Shown: in pieces, positions 55,951-63,649 of the stretch
Numbering within the stretch: the stretch's first letter is position 1
Layout: each line of letters opens with the position of its first letter
Source: Gemmatimonadota bacterium
GTDB taxonomy: Bacteria; Gemmatimonadota; Gemmatimonadetes; Palauibacterales; KS3-K002
Assembly: GCA_039586795.1 (NCBI GenBank)
Contig: JBDHJS010000018.1
Coordinates: forward strand, 1-63,649
Length of the DNA stretch: 63,649 nt
Direction: 5' to 3'
Notes under the pieces: model-generated
What the model was told of the DNA's origin: nothing
Database searches by the model: none
What the model saw: only the letters and a program-made list of their open reading frames with translations
Translations under genes and position numbers: made by a program

Positions 55951-57062
55951 GCCAGCTCCTTTCTGAACGCGCGGATCGCCAACCCGAGCCCAGCGATCGC
56001 GAAGATGATCATCGCCAGCCCTTCCGCCCACAGCATTTCAGCGCCTACCCCCTTGAGAAAGATCCCCTTGGTCACCGTCACATAGTATCGCGCTGGCACG
56101 ATGTAGGTGACGATCTGCAAGGCGATCGGCATGGTAGCGATAGAGAACATGAAACCCGAGAGCAAAACCGCCGGTAGATACGTGGTCTGAATGGCGATCT
56201 GGGTAGCCAGCACCTGGGTCTTCACGGCGGCGGAGATGAACATCCCGAAGCTCAGCGCACCCAACAGAAAGAGCAGAGTCAGGCCTGAAAGCAGAAGGAT
56301 GTTGCCACGTAGCGGAACGTCGAAGATCAGCAGGCCGGCGATGATTGCCAACGCCACGTCGAACAGGCCGATCACCACATACGGCAGCAGCTTGCCGATC
56401 ACGACCTCGAGGCGGTGCACGGGCGTCGCCGCCAGCTGCTCCATCGTGCCACGCTCCCATTCGCGGGCAATCGTCAGGGCCGTTAGCATAGCGGCGATGA
56501 TCGACATGATCACAGCGACCAAACCGGGTACGATCATGTTACGGCTCTCGAGCGTCTCGTTGAACCAGACGCGGCTCTCCACCTCAACGGGAAGCGCGAT
56601 CTGACGGCCCTTGAGGACGATGTCGGTGGAATAACGAGTGGCAATGGCGGCAGCGTAGTTCTGAGCGATGGACGCGGTATTCGCATCTGAGCCGTCTAGG
56701 AGAACCTGAACCTGTGCGCCGCGCCCGGCTGTCAGGTCAGGATAGAAGCGCGGGGGGACGACGAGGGCGATCTTCACCTTGCCCAGCTGGAGCAACCGGG
56801 ACACTTCGCCATGGCTGTTCGGGTACTCCCGGATGTCGAAATAGCCCGAACTCTCGAACGATTCGATCAACAAACGGCTCGCCTCGCTGTTGCTCTCGTC
56901 GAGCACGGCCATCTCGATGTTCTTGACGTCGAAGCTGATCGCGTAGCCGAAGATGATGATGAGCGCGACGGGCAAGAGGAACGCCATTGCCAGACTCCGC
57001 GGATCGCGACGGAGCTGGATCGTCTCCTTGCGGCTCATGGCAAGCAGGCGCGTCCTGTTCAT
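55947..57062 (-). CDS. ABC-2 type permease (YbhS-like)
   Basis: KETIQLRRD, DGSDAN, REWERGTME, LSGFMF. Confidence 0.92.
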   Translation of the reverse strand: MNRTRLLAMSRKETIQLRRDPRSLAMAFLLPVALIIIFGYAISFDVKNIEMAVLDESNSEASRLLIESFESSGYFDIREYPNSHGEVSRLLQLGKVKIALVVPPRFYPDLTAGRGAQVQVLLDGSDANTASIAQNYAAAIATRYSTDIVLKGRQIALPVEVESRVWFNETLESRNMIVPGLVAVIMSIIAAMLTALTIAREWERGTMEQLAATPVHRLEVVIGKLLPYVVIGLFDVALAIIAGLLIFDVPLRGNILLLSGLTLLFLLGALSFGMFISAAVKTQVLATQIAIQTTYLPAVLLSGFMFSIATMPIALQIVTYIVPARYYVTVTKGIFLKGVGAEMLWAEGLAMIIFAIAGLGLAIRAFRKELA

Positions 57063-57997
57063 CCGACCACCGTCCCGCCAGAGCGGCGAACAAAGGAAAC
57101 GAATACGTCCTCGAGGGACGGCTCGATGGGCCGGAGCGACTCGACGGCATAGCCAGCAGCGGTAAGAACCTCGGGGATCTGCCGCTCGGCCACAGCCTGG
57201 TCTTCCACCATTGCATGCACTGCGCGACCGAACATCGTCACCTCGATGATCCCAGGTTGACCCGCCAGTACTTCAACAGCCCGCGGTGCATCTGGGGTCG
57301 TGACCTCGAGTATCGGCTCCTGAATCTCTCGCTTTAGGACAGACGGTCGGTCCAGGGCGATCAGCAGGCCCCGGTTCATGAGCGCCAGTCGATGGCAGTA
57401 CTCCGCCTCCTCCATGTAGTGCGTGCTCACAAACACCGTCGTACCGCCGCTAGCCAGGCCGTAGATCATATCCCAGAAGTTGCGACGCGAGATCGGGTCG
57501 ACGCCTGATGTCGGCTCGTCGAGGAACAGAATCGGCGGCTCGTGAAGTACGGCGCAGCCCAGCGCCAACCGCTGCTTGAAGCCCAACGGCAACTGACCGG
57601 TGACTCGCTCGCCCTGCTCTTCCAGGTGGGCCATCTCCAGGATCCAGTCGCGGCGTTCCGCGAAGCGAGCGCCGTGGACCCCGTACAGCCCGGCGAAAAG
57701 CTGAATGTTCTCGAGTACGGTGAGATCGGGATAAAGGGAGAAGAGCTGGGACATGTAGCCGATGCTGATCTGTACGTCCTCGATCTGCGTCGCTATGTCG
57801 AAACCGGCTACGCTGGCCGAGCCCGAGGTGGGCCGGAGCAGCCCGGTGAGCATCTTGATGGTGGTCGTCTTCCCCGCCCCATTGGGTCCCAGAAACCCGA
57901 AGATCTCGCCCTCGGCGACGTCAAAGCTCACTCGATCGACGGCCACGAAATCGCCGAACTTGCGCGTAAGCGTGTGGACCTCCACCGCCCTATTCAT
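57059..57997 (-). CDS. ABC transporter ATP-binding protein (YbhF C-half-like)
   Basis: GPNGAGKT, LPLGFKQR, LDEPTSGVD, STH. Confidence 0.93.
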   Translation of the reverse strand: MNRAVEVHTLTRKFGDFVAVDRVSFDVAEGEIFGFLGPNGAGKTTTIKMLTGLLRPTSGSASVAGFDIATQIEDVQISIGYMSQLFSLYPDLTVLENIQLFAGLYGVHGARFAERRDWILEMAHLEEQGERVTGQLPLGFKQRLALGCAVLHEPPILFLDEPTSGVDPISRRNFWDMIYGLASGGTTVFVSTHYMEEAEYCHRLALMNRGLLIALDRPSVLKREIQEPILEVTTPDAPRAVEVLAGQPGIIEVTMFGRAVHAMVEDQAVAERQIPEVLTAAGYAVESLRPIEPSLEDVFVSFVRRSGGTVVG

Positions 57998-58919
57998 CCA
58001 GCGCCTCTTGATGCTCGACCAGATCGATGAAGACATCCTCCAGCGAGGGCTCAATCGGACTCTCCTCCAGAACCGTGATCCCTGCGGAAGCCAGCCCGTC
58101 TCGTGCTTCCGGCCAGTCCTGCGTTCCCTCTCGGAACGTCACGTGTATCGTGTCGCCAAACAGCACGGCCTGTCGAACGGACGTTAGCCGGCGCAGTCGA
58201 TCGCGAGTTCGGCGCGGGGCATCCGTGCGTACGGCCAACACCTGGCCGGCCAGTATCTGCTGGAGAGCTTGTGGCGTATCGATGACCACCGCCCGGCCAT
58301 CGTGGAACAGCGCCACACGGTCGCAGCGCTCCGCCTCATCCATATAGGCCGTGCTCACGATGACTGTGACGCCATCCGCCACCATCTCGTGAACGATGAG
58401 CCAGAGGTCGCGACGCGATATCGGGTCCACGCCGAACGTCGGCTCGTCGAGGAGCAGAACCTTGGGTTCGTGGATGAGCGCAGCGCACAGCCCCAACTTC
58501 TGTTTCATACCACCCGACAGCTGGCCGGCGAGCCGGTTCTCGAACGGGCCGAGTCCGGAGAAGGCGTAGAGGCGCTCCAGTCGTTGGGGTCGTCGAGGCT
58601 TGGGAACTTGGTAGAGATCGGCGTAGAATTCGATGTTCTCGCGCACGGTAAGGTCCGTGTAGAGACCGAATCTCTGCGACATGTAAGCGATATGATGCTT
58701 CACGCCCTCAGGATCCCGCACCACACTCACACCACCCACCGACGCATCACCCGACGTCGGACGGAGCACCCCGGCGAGCATGCGAAGCGTGGTCGTCTTT
58801 CCGGCTCCATCCGGCCCGACGATCCCGAACAGCTCGCCAGAGGCGACCCGGAAGCTCAGGCCGTCGACGGCGCGTAGTCCACCGAACTCTCGGCTCAATC
58901 CATCGAGGGTGACTTCCAT
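57990..58919 (-). CDS. ABC transporter ATP-binding protein (YbhF N-half-like)
   Basis: GPDGAGKT, LSGGMKQK, LDEPTFGVD. Confidence 0.93.
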   Translation of the reverse strand: MEVTLDGLSREFGGLRAVDGLSFRVASGELFGIVGPDGAGKTTTLRMLAGVLRPTSGDASVGGVSVVRDPEGVKHHIAYMSQRFGLYTDLTVRENIEFYADLYQVPKPRRPQRLERLYAFSGLGPFENRLAGQLSGGMKQKLGLCAALIHEPKVLLLDEPTFGVDPISRRDLWLIVHEMVADGVTVIVSTAYMDEAERCDRVALFHDGRAVVIDTPQALQQILAGQVLAVRTDAPRRTRDRLRRLTSVRQAVLFGDTIHVTFREGTQDWPEARDGLASAGITVLEESPIEPSLEDVFIDLVEHQEALDE

Positions 58920-58925
58920 GCCGAC

Positions 58926-59924
58926 TCAGTCTCCACCGACATCGAGTCGAACATCCGCGGCAAGTCCGGGCTTCAGATCGAAGCCGGGGTCGCCGGTGAT
59001 CTGAACCTTCACCCTGTAGACCAGCTTTACTCGCTCTTCCGTCGTCTGCACATTACGCGGCGTGAACTCCGCTTCGCTGGCGATGAAGACGACCGTCCCT
59101 TCGTACTCAAGATCTGGATTCGCATCCCCGGTGATCACCGCCGACTCACCGATGGCGATGCGACCCACCTGATCGGCGCGAACGTAGATGCGCACCCAGC
59201 GGTCATCGGGATTCATCAGCGTCAACACCGGAGAGCCGGCCGGTACGGTCTCGCCTGGCTCCCGATGTCGCACCGTGATCAGCCCATCGAACGGGGCGCG
59301 AACCACGGCGAAGTCGAGAGCGGCGTCGATCTGGGCCACGCTGGCTGTCGCCTGCGCCAGGACGGCGCGCTGGGCGGAGATCCGTTCCTGGCGCGGCCCA
59401 GTCTCGAGGATCTGAAGCGCCTCGAGTGCGCCGTCGTACTCAGTGACGGCTAACTCGTGGGCCGTCTGCGCATCGTCGAGCCGTTGCTGGCTCACCGCTC
59501 CGCCCTCGAATAGCCGTCTCACCCGTTCCAGGTCACGCTCTGTATCGTTGACCCTCTGCTCGGCCGCTCTCAACCGGGCACGTCCCTGCGCGATCTCCTC
59601 AGTTCGGAAACCGCTCTCCAGCTCTTCAAGCAGAGCGCGCGCGCCCGCCACCTGCGCTTCCGCTGCCTGTTTGCGTGCGAACAGCTCGGCGCGATCTAGC
59701 CAGGCGAGCTCCTGGCCAGCCCCGACCCGGTCACCTTCGCGGACCGCGATTCTCTCGATGCGGCCAGGGGTCTGGAATCCCAGGTCGGCCTCGGTCGCCT
59801 CCACCGTGCCCGAGGCAAAGACCGTATCGTCATCACCGTTGCGGAATACAGTGAACCAAAGGGTCGTCGCTATCACCGCCAGCCCAACGACGGCGATCGG
59901 GATCCGCTTCTTCGCACTCATCAT
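58926..59924 (-). CDS. HlyD-family periplasmic adaptor (YbhG-like)
   Basis: SGTVEA, VREGDRV, coiled coil, APFDG, EFTPRNVQT, LKPG. Confidence 0.92.
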   Translation of the reverse strand: MMSAKKRIPIAVVGLAVIATTLWFTVFRNGDDDTVFASGTVEATEADLGFQTPGRIERIAVREGDRVGAGQELAWLDRAELFARKQAAEAQVAGARALLEELESGFRTEEIAQGRARLRAAEQRVNDTERDLERVRRLFEGGAVSQQRLDDAQTAHELAVTEYDGALEALQILETGPRQERISAQRAVLAQATASVAQIDAALDFAVVRAPFDGLITVRHREPGETVPAGSPVLTLMNPDDRWVRIYVRADQVGRIAIGESAVITGDANPDLEYEGTVVFIASEAEFTPRNVQTTEERVKLVYRVKVQITGDPGFDLKPGLAADVRLDVGGD

Positions 59925-61303
59925 CTTCCGATCTCCAGATTGCGGGCCAACCACTCAGGTGTCAGTTCGCCAACGACCCTAGCCAATTCGACACGCGCCG
60001 CGATCTCGGCGTGTTGCGCTTCGACGAGTAGCGCTCGAGCGCGGCTCAAGTTCGCTTCGGCACGCAGATAGTCCGTCTGTGTCCCTGCCCCCGCCTCCAG
60101 TGACAGCTGTTCGATACGCACCACTTCTGAAGAGTGTCGAACGGCCCGGGCAAAGGCTTCCACCAACGCCCTGGTTTCCATCGCGGTGTTGAGCGCGCGA
60201 TCGACATCTTCTTCAACCTGCAGCTCGAGCAGGCGCAGCTCTTCCATTGCCGCCTGGGCCGCGGCGCGCGCCTGACCGATCGCGTTGGAACGCTCGCCGC
60301 CGGTGAAGATCGGCCAGGAAAGCATGACGCCGACGCTCCACAGGTCCGAGTAGTTCCCGGCGTTGCTCGTGAACGCCTGGTAGCCACCCTGGACATCGAA
60401 GTTCGGAATCCACGACGCCCTGGCTACACGGTGCGCGGCCTCAGCGCTCGCCATGTCCTGACGTAGACGTTCCAGCTCCGGGTTGTTCGATTCGGCCCGC
60501 CGAACCAGTTCGATCCGCTCTTGCAGCCCCGAATCCCCAGACAATGCCACGGCCACCAGGTTGCCGAAGCGGGCCTCCGAGACCCGTACGTCGATCAGAC
60601 GCGCCAGGTCGCGCTCCGCCAGATCTAGACGTGCTGTTGTGGCGACCAGCTGTGCTTCAGCCTCAGCCAGAGCGGCTTCGACGCGCAGCAGCTCGACCTC
60701 AGCCGCTTGTCCGGCATCGAGGAACTGCGCAACGCGACGTCGCTCTTCGTTCAACGACGCCATCTGCTGCTCCTGGGCATCGAGTACACCCTGCGCGCTG
60801 AGCACCTGCAGATAGGCAACCGTGACTACAGTCGTCAGGAACTGCTCGGTAGCCATCACCCCGGCGGCGGCTCCCGCGGCTTCCGCCTCGGCGCCGCGAA
60901 TCCGATTCACGCGCGCGCCGCCGTCGAAGAGCGTCCAGCCCATCGACACGGCACCCTGACCGAGCACCTTCTCGAACTCGATCCTTTGGAACTCCTCCTG
61001 TGTGAAGCCGTGAATCGGCGCGACCAGCATCGGCTCGTTGTATCCCACCAGGCTGGCTTGCGTGCCGAGCTGCGGCCACCAGCGCGATTTCGCTCGACCG
61101 ACACCCGCCAGCGCGGCGCTCTCACCGGCACGGGCGATGCCAACGCTGGGGTGCGTGTTCTGCGCCAACGTCACCGCCTGCTGTAACGTTAGCCGCTCAA
61201 CCCTCTGGAACTCTTGTGCAAACAGCGTGGATTCCAGAGCAGCGGACACGAGCAATAGGGCCAACACGCTCCACGCAAGCGCGGTTGCGTTTCGCTCTCT
61301 CAT
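59921..61303 (-). CDS. TolC-family outer-membrane efflux protein
   Basis: Signal peptide, LTLQQAV, WTLFDGG, WPIFTGG, duplicated OEP repeats. Confidence 0.9.
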   Translation of the reverse strand: MRERNATALAWSVLALLLVSAALESTLFAQEFQRVERLTLQQAVTLAQNTHPSVGIARAGESAALAGVGRAKSRWWPQLGTQASLVGYNEPMLVAPIHGFTQEEFQRIEFEKVLGQGAVSMGWTLFDGGARVNRIRGAEAEAAGAAAGVMATEQFLTTVVTVAYLQVLSAQGVLDAQEQQMASLNEERRRVAQFLDAGQAAEVELLRVEAALAEAEAQLVATTARLDLAERDLARLIDVRVSEARFGNLVAVALSGDSGLQERIELVRRAESNNPELERLRQDMASAEAAHRVARASWIPNFDVQGGYQAFTSNAGNYSDLWSVGVMLSWPIFTGGERSNAIGQARAAAQAAMEELRLLELQVEEDVDRALNTAMETRALVEAFARAVRHSSEVVRIEQLSLEAGAGTQTDYLRAEANLSRARALLVEAQHAEIAARVELARVVGELTPEWLARNLEIGR

Positions 61304-61917
61304 TCTCTTTTCTCCGGGTGTGCGGCAAGACCTGCCCTGACGAACTCCACGACGCTCCCGACCAATCGCTTGCGGGTCTTAGGGTCCGTCTGATCAATTC
61401 TCGCACCCTCCTGCACCGGTCGCGCGGCCAGCGTAATCCACAGCGGCTGCGATCCCACGCTCAGCGCCATGAGCATCGGATCGCCCGTACGAATCGACCC
61501 GTCCTCCTGGCCCTCGCGTATCAGAGAAGCCAGTGTCCCGATTCTTCTCTCAAGAGCCTGCCGCAATCCCTCGGGAAGCGGCCGCTCTCGGGCCAACTCG
61601 TGCATGATGAGCTGCGGATAGTCCGGATTCTCGGCGAAGACGTCGAACAGGGCTTGTACGAACCCCCCGATGCGATCGAGTGGTGGTCCCGGCGTTTGCG
61701 CCGCCGCCATCAAGCGGTCATCCACACCCTGATTCACCGCAGCGAGGACCACCTCGTACAGCGCCTCCTTAGAGCCGAAGTGGTACGTGATGGCGCCCAG
61801 GTTGGTCCCGGCGTGACGGGTGATCGCCCGAACGGATGTGCCGTCGTAGCCGTGCTGTGAGAAGAGTTGCCGGGCGGCTTCGACGAGAGCGTCAGCGGTA
61901 GAGCTTGATTGATACAT
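61300..61917 (-). CDS. TetR/AcrR-family regulator (CecR/YbiH-like)
   Basis: LFSQHGYDGTSVRAI...YHFGSKEALY. ATG 61917 after GGAGG; alternative start 61935. Confidence 0.92.
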   Translation of the reverse strand: MYQSSSTADALVEAARQLFSQHGYDGTSVRAITRHAGTNLGAITYHFGSKEALYEVVLAAVNQGVDDRLMAAAQTPGPPLDRIGGFVQALFDVFAENPDYPQLIMHELARERPLPEGLRQALERRIGTLASLIREGQEDGSIRTGDPMLMALSVGSQPLWITLAARPVQEGARIDQTDPKTRKRLVGSVVEFVRAGLAAHPEKRE

Positions 61918-61947
61918 ACGTATGACCTCCTTCATACGTTCGTATCA
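61910..61947. promoter_or_regulatory. Tandem palindromic TetR operator sites
   Basis: TGATACATACGTATGA (61910-61925) and TCATACGTTCGTATCA (61932-61947) flank the RBS. Confidence 0.7.
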
Positions 61948-62005
61948 TACCGCCCTTTTCGCTTCTCGTCAACGGCCACTTTCAAATGGTTCGGGTTCAA
62001 TGCAG

Positions 62006-62040
62006 AGCGGGGGCGCGCCGCTTCGGCGCCACCCCCGCTT
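62006..62040 (-). terminator. Hairpin/terminator downstream of glnA
   Basis: AGCGGGGG.GCGCC...GGCGC..CCCCCGCT. Confidence 0.55.
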
Positions 62041-62085
62041 GATTTCCGGCTTATGGCCTTAGCCGGTCAGTCCTGCTCTTCCCCG

Positions 62086-63498
62086 CTACAGCTCCATATG
62101 TTGCTCGAGATCGAGAGGCGAGATGTAGAGCCGGAACCTCTCGTAGTCAGCCAACTTCGTCTCGACGACCTTGGCGAGCACCACCTCGCCCAGCGCCTCG
62201 GCGACGAGCTCCGACCGCTCAGCTACCTGGATCGCCTCATACAGATCGTGGGGGAGAGACTTGACTCCCAGTTTCTCCCGATCCACCGCCGTCAGCTCGT
62301 ACAGGTCGTCGGTCATCGGTTCGGCCAGCGGCAGCTTGCGCTCCAACCCGTCCAACCCCGCCGCCAACATCGTGGCGAAGGCGAGATACGGGTTGCAGGC
62401 CGCATCCGGAAAGCGCAGCTCGATTCGTGTGGCCAGCTCTTTGCCGGGCTTATACATCGGCACGCGGACCAGTGCCGACCGGTTCCGCTCTCCCCATCCG
62501 ATATAGACGGGCGCCTCGAAACCGACGACCAGACGTTTGTATGAGTTGTACCACTGGTTGGTGATCAGCGCCATCTCACGCGCGTGTTCGAGCACACCCG
62601 CCAGGAAGTGCTTCGCATCCTTGGACAGGTGATAGCTCTCATTATGATCGTAGAAAGCGTTGGTCTTGCCATCGGTGAACAGCGAAAGGTGCGTGTGCAT
62701 GCCGCTGCCGTTCTCTCCCACCAACGGCTTCGGCATGAATGTGGCGTGCACGCCGTTTCGGCGAGCCACTTCCTTGACGACCCACTTGTACGTTTGAAGG
62801 CTGTCCGCCATCCGCATCGCCTCCTGATACTTCAGGTCGATCTCATGCTGGCTCGGGCCCACCTCGTGGTGCACGTACTCTACGGGGATTCCCATCGATT
62901 CGAGTGCAAAGACCGTCGCCTCACGCAGGTCGTCGCCCATGTCCACCGGCACGACATCGAAGTACCCGGCCCGATCGATGATCTCCGGTTTCTTCTCGTC
63001 GCGGAAGTAGTAGTATTCCGCCTCCGGCCCAATGTTCATGTTCTCGTAACCGAAGTCCTTCAACCGCTTCAGGTTTCTCTTCAAGACCTGACGCGGATCG
63101 CTTTCGTAAGGCTTGCCATCGGGAGTACGGATCTCGGCGAACATGCGGATTGCCCTCGAGCCCCCTACCTTGAACGGAACCACCTGAGCTGTGGAAGCGA
63201 TGGGGAACGCCACCATATCGCTTTCCTGGATCCGCTGGTAACCCTCGATCGACGACCCATCAAACCCCATTCCCTCCTCGAACGCGCCCGCGATCTCCGG
63301 AAGCGTCACCGAGAAGGATTTTAGGAACCCCAACATGTCCGTGAACCACAAGCGGATCGAGGTGACGCCGTGCTCGGAGCAGTACTTCATGACGTCTTCC
63401 GGCGTCGACAGGTCGAGGCCGCCGTAGCACTCCATCTCGTGGACGTAGGTTCCCATCTGCTCGCGGAAGCGTTCGACCTGGGCAATAAAATCAAACAT
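62086..63498 (-). CDS. glnA: Glutamine synthetase type I
   Basis: FDGSSIEG, GPEAE, HHEVGPSQHE, TFMPKP, NGSGMH, NSYKRLV, NRSALVR, RIELRFPD. Confidence 0.96.
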   Translation of the reverse strand: MFDFIAQVERFREQMGTYVHEMECYGGLDLSTPEDVMKYCSEHGVTSIRLWFTDMLGFLKSFSVTLPEIAGAFEEGMGFDGSSIEGYQRIQESDMVAFPIASTAQVVPFKVGGSRAIRMFAEIRTPDGKPYESDPRQVLKRNLKRLKDFGYENMNIGPEAEYYYFRDEKKPEIIDRAGYFDVVPVDMGDDLREATVFALESMGIPVEYVHHEVGPSQHEIDLKYQEAMRMADSLQTYKWVVKEVARRNGVHATFMPKPLVGENGSGMHTHLSLFTDGKTNAFYDHNESYHLSKDAKHFLAGVLEHAREMALITNQWYNSYKRLVVGFEAPVYIGWGERNRSALVRVPMYKPGKELATRIELRFPDAACNPYLAFATMLAAGLDGLERKLPLAEPMTDDLYELTAVDREKLGVKSLPHDLYEAIQVAERSELVAEALGEVVLAKVVETKLADYERFRLYISPLDLEQHMEL

Positions 63499-63621
63499 TT
63501 GCGTCCTTTCTCCCTTATTTGATGGACATTTGTAAGCTCTTTACTCTCCGAATCGTCCTAGACGCTGATTATAAGACGCAAATATATACAATTGCCCAGA
63601 TTTCGCCAGTCCCAGGCGTGA

Positions 63622-63649
63622 AGTGGACAGTGGACGGTAGACGGTAGAC
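63622..63649 (+). repeat. Heptamer tandem repeat running off the window end
   Basis: AGTGGAC AGTGGAC GGTAGAC GGTAGAC. Confidence 0.65.

Noticed and set aside
54520..56085. 521-aa plus-strand ORF
   Set aside because: Antisense shadow of DUF488 and the ABC permeases, typical of high-GC DNA; no motifs.
1..63649. CRISPR array, tRNA/rRNA, integrase/transposase, prophage or retron/DGR
   Set aside because: I saw no regularly spaced repeat-spacer array, RNA gene or mobile-element enzyme. The periodic repeats are too short and lack spacers.

Overview
High-GC bacterial chromosomal segment of about 55 genes, with no rRNA, tRNA, CRISPR array or transposase seen. Gene content (GWxTD protein, duplicated MacB/FtsX permease, BTAD-TPR membrane regulator, DUF5916) suggests Gemmatimonadota or a related phylum (inference). 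The first ~17.6 kb look like a light/photo-oxidative defence island. It holds two MerR + B12-binding (CarH/LitR-type) regulators, a class II CPD photolyase, an FeS-type (6-4) photolyase/cryptochrome, a fasciclin, a furan-fatty-acid-like operon, a DUF523-DUF1722 (RudS-like) desulfidase and a TauE + persulfide dioxygenase/rhodanese pair. All three divergent promoters of the island carry the same TNGACA motif in 11-bp-spaced pairs, matching CarH operator geometry. Further along are a selenocysteine glutaredoxin whose start the ORF track misses (in-frame TGA in a UPYC motif plus a SECIS-like hairpin), a UvrD helicase with an inserted DEDDh exonuclease, and a SARP/BTAD membrane regulator with 11-bp direct repeats facing a porin gene. 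The rest includes an acyl-CoA dehydrogenase/ETF operon with an embedded beta-barrel gene, two small ORFs with promoter and RBS support, an ACP + kbl pair, a DRG-like GTPase, a TetR-controlled ABC/HlyD/TolC exporter, glnA and several families of periodic intergenic repeats. All functional calls come from motif recognition by eye, not database searches.
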